From Paragordius varius (Eukaryota > Animalia > Nematomorpha), in contig OZ176057.1 of the NCBI GenBank assembly GCA_964247055.1, positions 868,001 through 932,000 of the forward strand: a stretch of 64,000 nucleotides of DNA. The letters are read 5' to 3'. Made by a program: the position numbers and the translations under genes. Of this stretch, positions 13,801 through 28,801 are shown piece by piece (position 1 is the first letter of the stretch; each line of letters begins with the position of its first letter). The notes under the pieces are model-generated. The model was not told where the DNA came from. It searched no databases and was given only the letters and a program-made list of their open reading frames with translations.

Positions 13801-16800
13801 TATTGAATTTTTACGGTCTCATACCTAGGGCGAAAAATCGATTTACAAAATTATTTTTGTGGACTTTGTTTTTTGAGAAAAATGGCATTTTACGGGGGGA
13901 GCGGGTAAAAAGAGGGCCTAAATCAAAAAAGTGACTCGACTATGTTCGGCGCAATCGAAAATAAGTAAAGAAAAATCATATTTGAAATTGAATGGTCCAA
14001 CACGTTCTCCAAAAAATTGACTTAACCCATTTTTCACACGGGGTGGGCCCAAACTGGGGACCTAATTCCAAAAATGGGCGAAGCTATTGTCGGGGCATTC
14101 ATTAATGATTAAATTTTTTCGATGTTTGGATTTGATTGGGTTCACCGGTTTTCCGGAAACAGATCACAAAGTTATATGAAAAATCAGTTTTTAGCAGGTA
14201 GCTCCTTACCCAGCAGCTATCATCAAATAAACGGTAGACTAAAATTTTTGCCTTTTAACAGGGAATACGTGGAATCTTTATTGAATTTTTACGGTCTCAT
14301 ACCTAGGGCAAAAAATCGATTTAAAAAATTATTTTTGTGGACTTTGTTTTTTGAAAAAGGTGGCATTTCACGGGGGGAGCGGGTAAAAAGAGGGCCTAAA
14401 TCAAAAAAGTGGCTCGGCTATGTTCAGCGCAATCGAAAATAAGTAAACAAAAATCATATTTGAAATTGAATGGTCCAACACGTTCTCCAAAAAATTGACT
14501 TAACCCATTTTTCACACGGGGTGGGCCCAAACTGGGGACCTAATTCCAAAAATGGGCGAAGCTATTGTCGGGGCATTCATTAATGATTAAATTTTTTCGA
14601 TGTTTGGATTTGATTGGGTTCACCGGTTTTCCGGAAACAGATCACAAAGTTATATGAAAAATCAGTTTTTAGCAGGTAGCTCCTTACCCAGCAGCTATCA
14701 TCAAATAAACGGTAGACTAAAATTTTTGCCTTTTAACAGGGAATACGTGGAATCTTTATCGAATTTTTACGGTCTCATACCTAGGGCAAAAAATCGATTT
14801 AAAAAATTATTTTTGTGGACTTTGTTTTTTGAAAAAGGTGGCATTTCACGGGGGGAGCGGGTAAAAAGAGGGCCTAAATCAAAAAAGTGGCTCGGCTATG
14901 TTCAGCGCAATCGAAAATAAGTAAACAAAAATCATATTTGAAATTGAATGGTCCAACACGTTCTCCAAAAAATTGACTTAACCCATTTTTCACACGGGGT
15001 GGGCCCAAACTGGGGACCTAATTCCAAAAATGGGCGAAGCTATTGTCGGGGCATTCATTAATGATTAAATTTTTTCGATGTTTGGATTTGATTGGGTTCA
15101 CCGGTTTTCCGGAAACAGATCACAAAGTTATATGAAAAATCAGTTTTTAGCAGGTAGCTCCTTACCCAGCAGCTATCATCAAATAAACGGTAGACTAAAA
15201 TTTTTGCCTTTTAACAGGGAATACGTGGAATCTTTATTGAATTTTTACGGTCTCATACCTAGGGCGAAAAATCGATTTACAAAATTATTTTTGTGGACTT
15301 TGTTTTTTGAGAAAAATGGCATTTTACGGGGGGAGCGGGTAAAAAGAGGGCCTAAATCAAAAAAGTGACTCGACTATGTTCGGCGCAATCGAAAATAAGT
15401 AAAGAAAAATCATATTTGAAATTGAATGGTCCAACACGTTCTCCAAAAAATTGACTTAACCCATTTTTCACACGGGGTGGGCCCAAACTGGGGACCTAAT
15501 TCCAAGAATGGGCGAAGCTATTGTCGGGGCATTCATTAATGATTAAATTTTTTCGATGTTTGGATTTGATTGGGTTCACCGGTTTTCCGGAAACAGATCA
15601 CAAAGTTATATGAAAAATCAGTTTTTAGCAGGTAGCTCCTTACCCAGCAGCTATCATCAAATAAACGGTAGACTAAAATTTTTGCCTTTTAACAGGGAAT
15701 ACGTGGAATCTTTATTGAATTTTTACGGTCTCATACCTAGGGCAAAAAATCGATTTAAAAAATTATTTTTGTGGACTTTGTTTTTTGAAAAAGGTGGCAT
15801 TTCACGGGGGGAGCGGGTAAAAAGAGGGCCTAAATCAAAAAAGTGGCTCGGCTATGTTCAGCGCAATCGAAAATAAGTAAACAAAAATCATATTTGAAAT
15901 TGAATGGTCCAACACGTTCTCCAAAAAATTGACTTAACCCATTTTTCACACGGGGTGGGCCCAAACTGGGGACCTAATTCCAAAAATGGGCGAAGCTATT
16001 GTCGGGGCATTCATTAATGATTAAATTTTTTCGATGTTTGGATTTGATTGGGTTCACCGGTTTTCCGGAAACAGATCACAAAGTTATATGAAAAATCAGT
16101 TTTTAGCAGGTAGCTCCTTACCCAGCAGCTATCATCAAATAAACGGTAGACTAAAATTTTTGCCTTTTAACAGGGAATACGTGGAATCTTTATCGAATTT
16201 TTACGGTCTCATACCTAGGGCAAAAAATCGATTTAAAAAATTATTTTTGTGGACTTTGTTTTTTGAAAAAGGTGGCATTTCACGGGGGGAGCGGGTAAAA
16301 AGAGGGCCTAAATCAAAAAAGTGGCTCGGCTATGTTCAGCGCAATCGAAAATAAGTAAACAAAAATCATATTTGAAATTGAATGGTCCAACACGTTCTCC
16401 AAAAAATTGACTTAACCCATTTTTCACACGGGGTGGGCCCAAACTGGGGACCTAATTCCAAAAATGGGCGAAGCTATTGTCGGGGCATTCATTAATGATT
16501 AAATTTTTTCGATGTTTGGATTTGATTGGGTTCACCGGTTTTCCGGAAACAGATCACAAAGTTATATGAAAAATCAGTTTTTAGCAGGTAGCTCCTTACC
16601 CAGCAGCTATCATCAAATAAACGGTAGACTAAAATTTTTGCCTTTTAACAGGGAATACGTGGAATCTTTATTGAATTTTTACGGTCTCATACCTAGGGCA
16701 AAAAATCGATTTAAAAAATTATTTTTGTGGACTTTGTTTTTTGAAAAAGGTGGCATTTCACGGGGGGAGCGGGTAAAAAGAGGGCCTAAATCAAAAAAGT

Positions 16801-19800
16801 GGCTCGGCTATGTTCAGCGCAATCGAAAATAAGTAAACAAAAATCATATTTGAAATTGAATGGTCCAACACGTTCTCCAAAAAATTGACTTAACCCATTT
16901 TTCACACGGGGTGGGCCCAAACTGGGGACCTAATTCCAAAAATGGGCGAAGCTATTGTCGGGGCATTCATTAATGATTAAATTTTTTCGATGTTTGGATT
17001 TGATTGGGTTCACCGGTTTTCCGGAAACAGATCACAAAGTTATATGAAAAATCAGTTTTTAGCAGGTAGCTCCTTACCCAGCAGCTATCATCAAATAAAC
17101 GGTAGACTAAAATTTTTGCCTTTTAACAGGGAATACGTGGAATCTTTATTGAATTTTTACGGTCTCATACCTAGGGCAAAAAATCGATTTAAAAAATTAT
17201 TTTTGTGGACTTTGTTTTTTGAAAAAGGTGGCATTTCACGGGGGGAGCGGGTAAAAAGAGGGCCTAAATCAAAAAAGTGGCTCGGCTATGTTCAGCGCAA
17301 TCGAAAATAAGTAAACAAAAATCATATTTGAAATTGAATGGTCCAACACGTTCTCCAAAAAATTGACTTAACCCATTTTTCACACGGGGTGGGCCCAAAC
17401 TGGGGACCTAATTCCAAAAATGGGCGAAGCTATTGTCGGGGCATTCATTAATGATTAAATTTTTTCGATGTTTGGATTTGATTGGGTTCACCGGTTTTCC
17501 GGAAACAGATCACAAAGTTATATGAAAAATCAGTTTTTAGCAGGTAGCTCCTTACCCAGCAGCTATCATCAAATAAACGGTAGACTAAAATTTTTGCCTT
17601 TTAACAGGGAATACGTGGAATCTTTATTGAATTTTTACGGTCTCATACCTAGGGCAAAAAATCGATTTAAAAAATTATTTTTGTGGACTTTGTTTTTTGA
17701 AAAAGGTGGCATTTCACGGGGGGAGCGGGTAAAAAGAGGGCCTAAATCAAAAAAGTGGCTCGGCTATGTTCAGCGCAATCGAAAATAAGTAAACAAAAAT
17801 CATATTTGAAATTGAATGGTCCAACACGTTCTCCAAAAAATTGACTTAACCCATTTTTCACACGGGGTGGGCCCAAACTGGGGACCTAATTCCAAAAATG
17901 GGCGAAGCTATTGTCGGGGCATTCATTAATGATTAAATTTTTTCGATGTTTGGATTTGATTGGGTTCACCGGTTTTCCGGAAACAGATCACAAAGTTATA
18001 TGAAAAATCAGTTTTTAGCAGGTAGCTCCTTACCCAGCAGCTATCATCAAATAAACGGTAGACTAAAATTTTTGCCTTTTAACAGGGAATACGTGGAATC
18101 TTTATTGAATTTTTACGGTCTCATACCTAGGGCAAAAAATCGATTTAAAAAATTATTTTTGTGGACTTTGTTTTTTGAAAAAGGTGGCATTTCACGGGGG
18201 GAGCGGGTAAAAAGAGGGCCTAAATCAAAAAAGTGGCTCGGCTATGTTCAGCGCAATCGAAAATAAGTAAACAAAAATCATATTTGAAATTGAATGGTCC
18301 AACACGTTCTCCAAAAAATTGACTTAACCCATTTTTCACACGGGGTGGGCCCAAACTGGGGACCTAATTCCAAAAATGGGCGAAGCTATTGTCGGGGCAT
18401 TCATTAATGATTAAATTTTTTCGATGTTTGGATTTGATTGGGTTCACCGGTTTTCCGGAAACAGATCACAAAGTTATATGAAAAATCAGTTTTTAGCAGG
18501 TAGCTCCTTACCCAGCAGCTATCATCAAATAAACGGTAGACTAAAATTTTTGCCTTTTAACAGGGAATACGTGGAATCTTTATTGAATTTTTACGGTCTC
18601 ATACCTAGGGCAAAAAATCGATTTAAAAAATTATTTTTGTGGACTTTGTTTTTTGAAAAAGGTGGCATTTCACGGGGGGAGCGGGTAAAAAGAGGGCCTA
18701 AATCAAAAAAGTGGCTCGGCTATGTTCAGCGCAATCGAAAATAAGTAAACAAAAATCATATTTGAAATTGAATGGTCCAACACGTTCTCCAAAAAATTGA
18801 CTTAACCCATTTTTCACACGGGGTGGGCCCAAACTGGGGACCTAATTCCAAAAATGGGCGAAGCTATTGTCGGGGCATTCATTAATGATTAAATTTTTTC
18901 GATGTTTGGATTTGATTGGGTTCACCGGTTTTCCGGAAACAGATCACAAAGTTATATGAAAAATCAGTTTTTAGCAGGTAGCTCCTTACCCAGCAGCTAT
19001 CATCAAATAAACGGTAGACTAAAATTTTTGCCTTTTAACAGGGAATACGTGGAATCTTTATTGAATTTTTACGGTCTCATACCTAGGGCAAAAAATCGAT
19101 TTAAAAAATTATTTTTGTGGACTTTGTTTTTTGAAAAAGGTGGCATTTCACGGGGGGAGCGGGTAAAAAGAGGGCCTAAATCAAAAAAGTGGCTCGGCTA
19201 TGTTCAGCGCAATCGAAAATAAGTAAACAAAAATCATATTTGAAATTGAATGGTCCAACACGTTCTCCAAAAAATTGACTTAACCCATTTTTCACACGGG
19301 GTGGGCCCAAACTGGGGACCTAATTCCAAAAATGGGCGAAGCTATTGTCGGGGCATTCATTAATGATTAAATTTTTTCGATGTTTGGATTTGATTGGGTT
19401 CACCGGTTTTCCGGAAACAGATCACAAAGTTATATGAAAAATCAGTTTTTAGCAGGTAGCTCCTTACCCAGCAGCTATCATCAAATAAACGGTAGACTAA
19501 AATTTTTGCCTTTTAACAGGGAATACGTGGAATCTTTATTGAATTTTTACGGTCTCATACCTAGGGCAAAAAATCGATTTAAAAAATTATTTTTGTGGAC
19601 TTTGTTTTTTGAAAAAGGTGGCATTTCACGGGGGGAGCGGGTAAAAAGAGGGCCTAAATCAAAAAAGTGGCTCGGCTATGTTCAGCGCAATCGAAAATAA
19701 GTAAACAAAAATCATATTTGAAATTGAATGGTCCAACACGTTCTCCAAAAAATTGACTTAACCCATTTTTCACACGGGGTGGGCCCAAACTGGGGACCTA

Positions 19801-22800
19801 ATTCCAAAAATGGGCGAAGCTATTGTCGGGGCATTCATTAATGATTAAATTTTTTCGATGTTTGGATTTGATTGGGTTCACCGGTTTTCCGGAAACAGAT
19901 CACAAAGTTATATGAAAAATCAGTTTTTAGCAGGTAGCTCCTTACCCAGCAGCTATCATCAAATAAACGGTAGACTAAAATTTTTGCCTTTTAACAGGGA
20001 ATACGTGGAATCTTTATTGAATTTTTACGGTCTCATACCTAGGGCAAAAAATCGATTTAAAAAATTATTTTTGTGGACTTTGTTTTTTGAAAAAGGTGGC
20101 ATTTCACGGGGGGAGCGGGTAAAAAGAGGGCCTAAATCAAAAAAGTGGCTCGGCTATGTTCAGCGCAATCGAAAATAAGTAAACAAAAATCATATTTGAA
20201 ATTGAATGGTCCAACACGTTCTCCAAAAAATTGACTTAACCCATTTTTCACACGGGGTGGGCCCAAACTGGGGACCTAATTCCAAAAATGGGCGAAGCTA
20301 TTGTCGGGGCATTCATTAATGATTAAATTTTTTCGATGTTTGGATTTGATTGGGTTCACCGGTTTTCCGGAAACAGATCACAAAGTTATATGAAAAATCA
20401 GTTTTTAGCAGGTAGCTCCTTACCCAGCAGCTATCATCAAATAAACGGTAGACTAAAATTTTTGCCTTTTAACAGGGAATACGTGGAATCTTTATTGAAT
20501 TTTTACGGTCTCATACCTAGGGCAAAAAATCGATTTAAAAAATTATTTTTGTGGACTTTGTTTTTTGAAAAAGGTGGCATTTCACGGGGGGAGCGGGTAA
20601 AAAGAGGGCCTAAATCAAAAAAGTGGCTCGGCTATGTTCAGCGCAATCGAAAATAAGTAAACAAAAATCATATTTGAAATTGAATGGTCCAACACGTTCT
20701 CCAAAAAATTGACTTAACCCATTTTTCACACGGGGTGGGCCCAAACTGGGGACCTAATTCCAAAAATGGGCGAAGCTATTGTCGGGGCATTCATTAATGA
20801 TTAAATTTTTTCGATGTTTGGATTTGATTGGGTTCACCGGTTTTCCGGAAACAGATCACAAAGTTATATGAAAAATCAGTTTTTAGCAGGTAGCTCCTTA
20901 CCCAGCAGCTATCATCAAATAAACGGTAGACTAAAATTTTTGCCTTTTAACAGGGAATACGTGGAATCTTTATTGAATTTTTACGGTCTCATACCTAGGG
21001 CAAAAAATCGATTTAAAAAATTATTTTTGTGGACTTTGTTTTTTGAGAAAAATGGCATTTTACGGGGGGAGCGGGTAAAAAGAGGGCCTAAATCAAAAAA
21101 GTGACTCGACTATGTTCGGCGCAATCGAAAATAAGTAAAGAAAAATCATATTTGAAATTGAATGGTCCAACACGTTCTCCAAAAAATTGACTTAACCCAT
21201 TTTTCACACGGGGTGGGCCCAAACTGGGGACCTAATTCCAAAAATGGGCGAAGCTATTGTCGGGGCATTCATTAATGATTAAATTTTTTCGATGTTTGGA
21301 TTTGATTGGGTTCACCGGTTTTCCGGAAACAGATCACAAAGTTATATGAAAAATCAGTTTTTAGCAGGTAGCTCCTTACCCAGCAGCTATCATCAAATAA
21401 ACGGTAGACTAAAATTTTTGCCTTTTAACAGGGAATACGTGGAATCTTTATCGAATTTTTACGGTCTCATACCTAGGGCAAAAAATCGATTTAAAAAATT
21501 ATTTTTGTGGACTTTGTTTTTTGAAAAAGGTGGCATTTCACGGGGGGAGCGGGTAAAAAGAGGGCCTAAATCAAAAAAGTGGCTAGGCTATGTTCAGCGC
21601 AATCGAAAATAAGTAAACAAAAATCATATTTGAAATTGAATGGTCCAACACGTTCTCCAAAAAATTGACTTAACCCATTTTTCACACGGGGTGGGCCCAA
21701 ACTGGGGACCTAATTCCAAGAATGGGCGAAGCTATTGTCGGGGCATTCATTAATGATTAAATTTTTTCGATGTTTGGATTTGATTGGGTTCACCGGTTTT
21801 CCGGAAACAGATCACAAAGTTATATGAAAAATCAGTTTTTAGCAGGTAGCTCCTTACCCAGCAGCTATCATCAAATAAACGGTAGACTAAAATTTTTGCC
21901 TTTTAACAGGGAATACGTGGAATCTTTATTGAATTTTTACGGTCTCATACCTAGGGCAAAAAATCGATTTAAAAAATTATTTTTGTGGACTTTGTTTTTT
22001 GAAAAAGGTGGCATTTCACGGGGGGAGCGGGTAAAAAGAGGGCCTAAATCAAAAAAGTGGCTAGGCTATGTTCAGCGCAATCGAAAATAAGTAAACAAAA
22101 ATCATATTTGAAATTGAATGGTCCAACACGTTCTCCAAAAAATTGACTTAACCCATTTTTCACACGGGGTGGGCCCAAACTGGGGACCTAATTCCAAAAA
22201 TGGGCGAAGCTATTGTCGGGGCATTCATTAATGATTAAATTTTTTCGATGTTTGGATTTGATTGGGTTCACCGGTTTTCCGGAAACAGATCACAAAGTTA
22301 TATGAAAAATCAGTTTTTAGCAGGTAGCTCCTTACCCAGCAGCTATCATCAAATAAACGGTAGACTAAAATTTTTGCCTTTTAACAGGGAATACGTGGAA
22401 TCTTTATCGAATTTTTACGGTCTCATACCTAGGGCAAAAAATCGATTTAAAAAATTATTTTTGTGGACTTTGTTTTTTGAAAAAGGTGGCATTTCACGGG
22501 GGGAGCGGGTAAAAAGAGGGCCTAAATCAAAAAAGTGGCTCGGCTATGTTCAGCGCAATCGAAAATAAGTAAACAAAAATCATATTTGAAATTGAATGGT
22601 CCAACACGTTCTCCAAAAAATTGACTTAACCCATTTTTCACACGGGGTGGGCCCAAACTGGGGACCTAATTCCAAAAATGGGCGAAGCTATTGTCGGGGC
22701 ATTCATTAATGATTAAATTTTTTCGATGTTTGGATTTGATTGGGTTCAGCGGTTTTCCGGAAACAGATCACAAAGTTATATGAAAAATCAGTTTTTAGCA

Positions 22801-24640
22801 GGTAGCTCCTTACCCAGCAGCTATCATCAAATAAACGGTAGACTAAAATTTTTGCCTTTTAACAGGGAATACGTGGAATCTTTATTGAATTTTTACGGTC
22901 TCATACCTAGGGCGAAAAATCGATTTACAAAATTATTTTTGTGGACTTTGTTTTTTGAAAAAGGTGGCATTTCACGGGCGGAGCGGGTAAAAAGAGGGCC
23001 TAAATCAAAAAAGTGGCTCGGCTATGTTCAGCGCAATCGAAAATAAGTAAACAAAAATCATATTTGAAATTGAATGGTCCAACACGTTCTCCAAAAAATT
23101 GACTTAACCCATTTTTCATACGGGGTGGGCCCAAACTGGGGACCTAATTCCAAAAATGGGCGAAGCTATTGTCGTGCATTCATTAATGATTAAATTTTTT
23201 CGATGTTTGGATTTGATTGGGTTCACCGGTTTTCCGGAAACAGATCACAAAGTTATATGAAAAATCAGTTTTTAGCAGGTAGTCCCTTACCCAGCAGCTA
23301 TCATCAAATAAACGGTAGACTAAAATTTTTGCCTTTTAACAGGGAATACGTGGAATCTTTATTGAATTTTTACGGTCTCATACCTAGGGCGAAAAATCGA
23401 TTTACAAAATTATTTTTGTGGACTTTGTTTTTTGAAAAAGGTGGCATTTCACGGGCGGAGCGGGTAAAAAGAGGGCCTAAATCAAAAAAGTGGCTCGGCT
23501 ATGTTCAGCGCAATCGAAAATAAGTAAACAAAAATCATATTTAAAATTGAATGGCCCAACACGTTCTCCGGAAAATTGTCTCAAAGACACGATTTTTGTG
23601 GACTTTGTTTTTTTTTGAGAAAAATGGCATTTTACGGGGGGAGCGGGTAAAAAGAGGGCCTAAATCAAAAAAGTGACTCGACTATGTTCGGCGCAATCGA
23701 AAATAAGTAAACAAAAATCATATTTGAAATTGAATGGTCCAACACGTTCTCCAAAAAATTGTCTCAAAGACACGATTTTTGTGGACTTTGTTTTTTTTGA
23801 GAAAAATGGCATTTTACGGGGGGAGCGGGTAAAAAGAGGGCCTAAATCAAAAAAGTGACTCGACTATGTTCGGCGCAATCGAAAATAAGTAAACAAAAAT
23901 CATATTTGAAATTGAATGGTCCAACACGTTCTCCAAAAAATTGACTTAACCCATTTTTCATACGGGGTGGGCCCAAACTGGGGACCTAATTCCAAAAATG
24001 GGCGAAGCTATTGTCGTGCATTCATTAATGATTAAATTTTTTCGATGTTTGGATTTGATTGGGTTCACCGGTTTTCCGGAAACAGATCACAAAGTTATAT
24101 GAAAAATCAGTTTTTAGCAGGTAGTCCCTTACCCAGCAGCTATCATCAAATAAACGGTAGACTAAAATTTTTGCCTTTTAACAGGGAATACGTGGAATCT
24201 TTATTGAATTTTTACGGTCTCATACCTAGAGCGAAAAATCGATTTACAAAATTATTTTTGTGGACTTTGTTTTTTGAAAAAGGTGGCATTTCACGGGCGG
24301 AGCGGGTAAAAAGAGGGCCTAAATCAAAAAAGTGGCTCGGCTATGTTCAGCGCAATCGAAAATAAGTAAACAAAAATCATATTTAAAATTGAATGGCCCA
24401 ACACGTTCTCCGGAAAATTGTCTCAAAGACACGATTTTTGTGGACTTTGTTTTTTTTGAGAAAAATGGCATTTTACGGGGGGAGCGGGTAAAAAGAGGGC
24501 CTAAATCAAAAAAGTGACTCGACTATGTTCGGCGCAATCGAAAATAAGTAAACAAAAATCATATTTGAAATTGAATGGTCCAACACGTTCTCCAAAAAAT
24601 TGACTTAACCCATTTTTCATACGGGGTGGGCCCAAACTGG

Positions 24641-27600
24641 GGACCTAATTCCAAAAATGGGCGAAGCTATTGTCGTGCATTCATTAATGATTAAATTTTT
24701 TCGATGTTTGGATTTGATTGGGTTCACCGGTTTTCCGGAAACAGATCACAAAGTTATATGAAAAATCAGTTTTTAGCAGGTAGTCCCTTACCCAGCAGCT
24801 ATCATCAAATAAACGGTAGACTAAAATTTTTGCCTTTTAACAGGGAATACGTGGAATCTTTATTGAATTTTTACGGTCTCATACCTAGAGCGAAAAATCG
24901 ATTTACAAAATTATTTTTGTGGACTTTGTTTTTTGAAAAAGGTGGCATTTCACGGGCGGAGCGGGTAAAAAGAGGGCCTAAATCAAAAAAGTGGCTCGGC
25001 TATGTTCAGCGCAATCGAAAATAAGTAAACAAAAATCATATTTAAAATTGAATGGCCCAACACGTTCTCCGGAAAATTGTCTCAAAGACACGATTTTTGT
25101 GGACTTCTGTTTTCAAAAAAAACCCGTTTTTCATACGGGGTGGGCCCGAACTGGGGGCCTATTTCAAAAAAAGGGCGAAGCTATTGTCGGGGCATTCATT
25201 AATGATTATATTTTTTCGATATTTGGATTTGATTGAGTCTACCGGTTTTCCTGTACCAGATCACAAAGCCAGCATTTTCCATTTTTATAAATATATAGAT
25301 TACCATAAATAATGTATTAATATCCATATATCTTTTAACATGCTATACATATGATAGATACTCCTTACTCAGCATCTATCATCAAAGAAACGCTTGACTA
25401 AAATTTTTGCCTTTTAACAGGCAATACAAAAAATCTTTCTCGAATTTTTACAGTCTCATACCGTGGGCAAAAAAATACAATCAAAAAAATATTTTTGTGG
25501 ACTTTGTTTTTTTTTTGAGAAAAATGGCATTTCACGGGGGGAGCGGGTAAAAAGAGGGCCTAATTCAAAAAAGTGACTCGACTATGTTCGGCGCAATCGA
25601 AAATAAGTAAACAAAAATCATATTTGAAATTGAATGGTCCAACACGTTCTCCAAAAAATTGACTTAACCCATTTTTCACACGGGGTGGGCCCAAACTGGG
25701 GACCTAATTCCAAAAATGGGCGAAGCTATTGTCGGGGCATTCATTAATGATTAAATTTTTTCGATGTTTGGATTTGATTGGGTTCACCGGTTTTCCGGAA
25801 ACAGATCACAAAGTTATATGAAAAATCAGTTTTTAGCAGGTAGCTCCTTACCCAGCAGCTATCATCAAATAAACGGTAGACTAAAATTTTTGCCTTTTAA
25901 CAGGGAATACGTGGAATCTTTATTGAATTTTTACGGTCTCATACCTAGAGCGAAAAATCGATTTACAAAATTATTTTTGTGGACTTTGTTTTTTGAAAAA
26001 GGTGGCATTTCACGGGCGGAGCGGGTAAAAAGAGGGCCTAAATCAAAAAAGTGGCTCGGCTATGTTCAGCGCAATCGAAAATAAGTAAACAAAAATCATA
26101 TTTAAAATTGAATGGCCCAACACGTTCTCCGGAAAATTGTCTCAAAGACACGATTTTTGTGGACTTCTGTTTTCAAAAAAAAACCGTTTTTCATACGGGG
26201 TGGGCCCGAACTGGGGGCCTATTTCAAAAAAAGGGCGAAGCTATTGTCGGGGCATTCATTAATGATTATATTTTTTCGATATTTGGATTTGATTGAGTCT
26301 ACCGGTTTTCCTGTACCAGATCACAAAGCCAGCATTTTCCATTTTTATAAATATATAGATTACCATAAATAATGTATTAATATCCATATATCTTTTAACA
26401 TGCTATACATATGATAGATACTCCTTACTCAGCATCTATCATCAAAGAAACGCTTGACTAAAATTTTTGCCTTTTAACAGGCAATACAAAAAATCTTTCT
26501 CGAATTTTTACAGTCTCATACCGTGGGCAAAAAAATACAATCAAAAAAATATTTTTGTGGACTTTGTTTTTTTTTTGAGAAAAATGGCATTTCACGGGGG
26601 GAGCGGGTAAAAAGAGGGCCTAATTCAAAAAAGTGACTCGACTATGTTCGGCGCAATCGAAAATAAGTAAACAAAAATCATATTTGAAATTGAATGGTCC
26701 AACACGTTCTCCAAAAAATTGACTTAACCCATTTTTCACACGGGGTGGGCCCAAACTGGGGACCTAATTCCAAAAATGGGCGAAGCTATTGTCGGGGCAT
26801 TCATTAATGATTAAATTTTTTCGATGTTTGGATTTGATTGGGTTCACCGGTTTTCCGGAAACAGATCACAAAGTTATATGAAAAATCAGTTTTTAGCAGG
26901 TAGCTCCTTACCCAGCAGCTATCATCAAATAAACGGTAGACTAAAATTTTTGCCTTTTAACAGGGAATACGTGGAATCTTTATTGAATTTTTACGGTCTC
27001 ATACCTAGAGCGAAAAATCGATTTACAAAATTATTTTTGTGGACTTTGTTTTTTGAAAAAGGTGGCATTTCACGGGCGGAGCGGGTAAAAAGAGGGCCTA
27101 AATCAAAAAAGTGGCTCGGCTATGTTCAGCGCAATCGAAAATAAGTAAACAAAAATCATATTTAAAATTGAATGGCCCAACACGTTCTCCGGAAAATTGT
27201 CTCAAAGACACGATTTTTGTGGACTTCTGTTTTCAAAAAAAAACCGTTTTTCATACGGGGTGGGCCCGAACTGGGGGCCTATTTCAAAAAAAGGGCGAAG
27301 CTATTGTCGGGGCATTCATTAATGATTATATTTTTTCGATATTTGGATTTGATTGAGTCTACCGGTTTTCCTGTACCAGATCACAAAGCCAGCATTTTCC
27401 ATTTTTATAAATATATAGATTACCATAAATAATGTATTAATATCCATATATCTTTTAACATGCTATACATATGATAGATACTCCTTACTCAGCATCTATC
27501 ATCAAAGAAACGCTTGACTAAAATTTTTGCCTTTTAACAGGCAATACAAAAAATCTTTCTCGAATTTTTACAGTCTCATACCGTGGGCAAAAAAATACAA

Positions 27601-28481
27601 TCAAAAAAATATTTTTGTGGACTTTGTTTTTTTTTGAGAAAAATGGCATTTCACGGGGGGAGCGGGTAAAAAGAGGGCCTAATTCAAAAAAGTGACTCGA
27701 CTATGTTCGGCGCAATCGAAAATAAGTAAACAAAAATCATATTTGAAATTGAATGGTCCAACACGTTCTCCAAAAAATTGACTTAACCCATTTTTCACAC
27801 GGGGTGGGCCCAAACTGGGGACCTAATTCCAAAAATGGGCGAAGCTATTGTCGGGGCATTCATTAATGATTAAATTTTTTCGATGTTTGGATTTGATTGG
27901 GTTCACCGGTTTTCCGGAAACAGATCACAAAGTTATATGAAAAATCAGTTTTTAGCAGGTAGCTCCTTACCCAGCAGCTATCATCAAATAAACGGTAGAC
28001 TAAAATTTTTGCCTTTTAACAGGGAATACGTGGAGTCTTTATTGAATTTTTACGGTCTCATACCTAGGGCGAAAAATTGATTTACAAAATTATTTTTGTG
28101 GACTTTGTTTTTTGAAAAAAGTGGCATTTCACGGGGGGAGCGGGTAAAAAGAGGGCCTAAATCAAAAAAGTGGCTCGGCTATGTTCAGCGCAATCGAAAA
28201 TAAGTAAACAAAAATCATATTTAAAATTGAATGGCCCAACACGTTCTCCGGAAAATTGTCTCAAAGACACGATTTTTGTGGACTTCTGTTTTCAAAAAAA
28301 AACCGTTTTTCATACGGGGTGGGCCCGAACTGGGGGCCTATTTCAAAAAAAGGGCGAAGCTATTGTCGGGGCATTCATTAATGATTATATTTTTTCGATA
28401 TTTGGATTTGATTGAGTCTACCGGTTTTCCTGTACCAGATCACAAAGCCAGCATTTTCCATTTTTATAAATATATAGATTA
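24641..28481. repeat. Second 1060-bp higher-order block, 3 units plus a truncated fourth that ends the array
   Basis: ORF starts 24704, 25764, 26824, 27883; same diverged monomer as the 4665-7845 block. Confidence 0.93.
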
Positions 28482-28801
28482 TATGCGAATGACCTTACAT
28501 ATTTTCCGAAAAATTAATACTTTAAATGCAATATTTGCTAAACCTTATGTTAATTTTAATAACTGTATAATGTATCAAAACAAACCTAAATAGAGTAAAC
28601 CTTAATAAATTTTAGTATTTATTAAAGTTTCTTTGAGCTTAAATGGAATAAAAAAAAATTTATAAATAAAATCAGTTACAAATCAATAAAAACCGACACC
28701 CATTTATTATTTATTATGCATCTTTTTAATATGTTTAAAAATAAAAGTTTTTAACATGGTTAAATTTATGGGAATATCATATGGCTTGTTACACATACAT
28801 T

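Larger units (their letters stand above)
1..28481. repeat. Tandem satellite array, 478-bp monomer (over 50 monomer-equivalents), open at the left window edge
   Basis: The same ORF recurs at 478-bp spacing (64, 542, ... 16512, 16990, 17468 ...). The array stops abruptly inside a variant monomer at ...aaatatatagatta (28481). Confidence 0.98.

Noticed and set aside
64-28415. Dozens of 61-120 aa ORFs (MFGFDWVHRF..., MARLCSAQ..., MAQHVLRK...)
   Set aside because: They are by-products of the satellite monomer: no domain motifs, homopolymer-coded K/F runs, variants freely truncate or frameshift them, and several start at non-ATG codons.
1-28481. CRISPR array or rDNA/5S/tRNA tandem unit
   Set aside because: No unique spacers, no cas genes, and no recognisable rRNA, 5S or tRNA sequence in the monomer.
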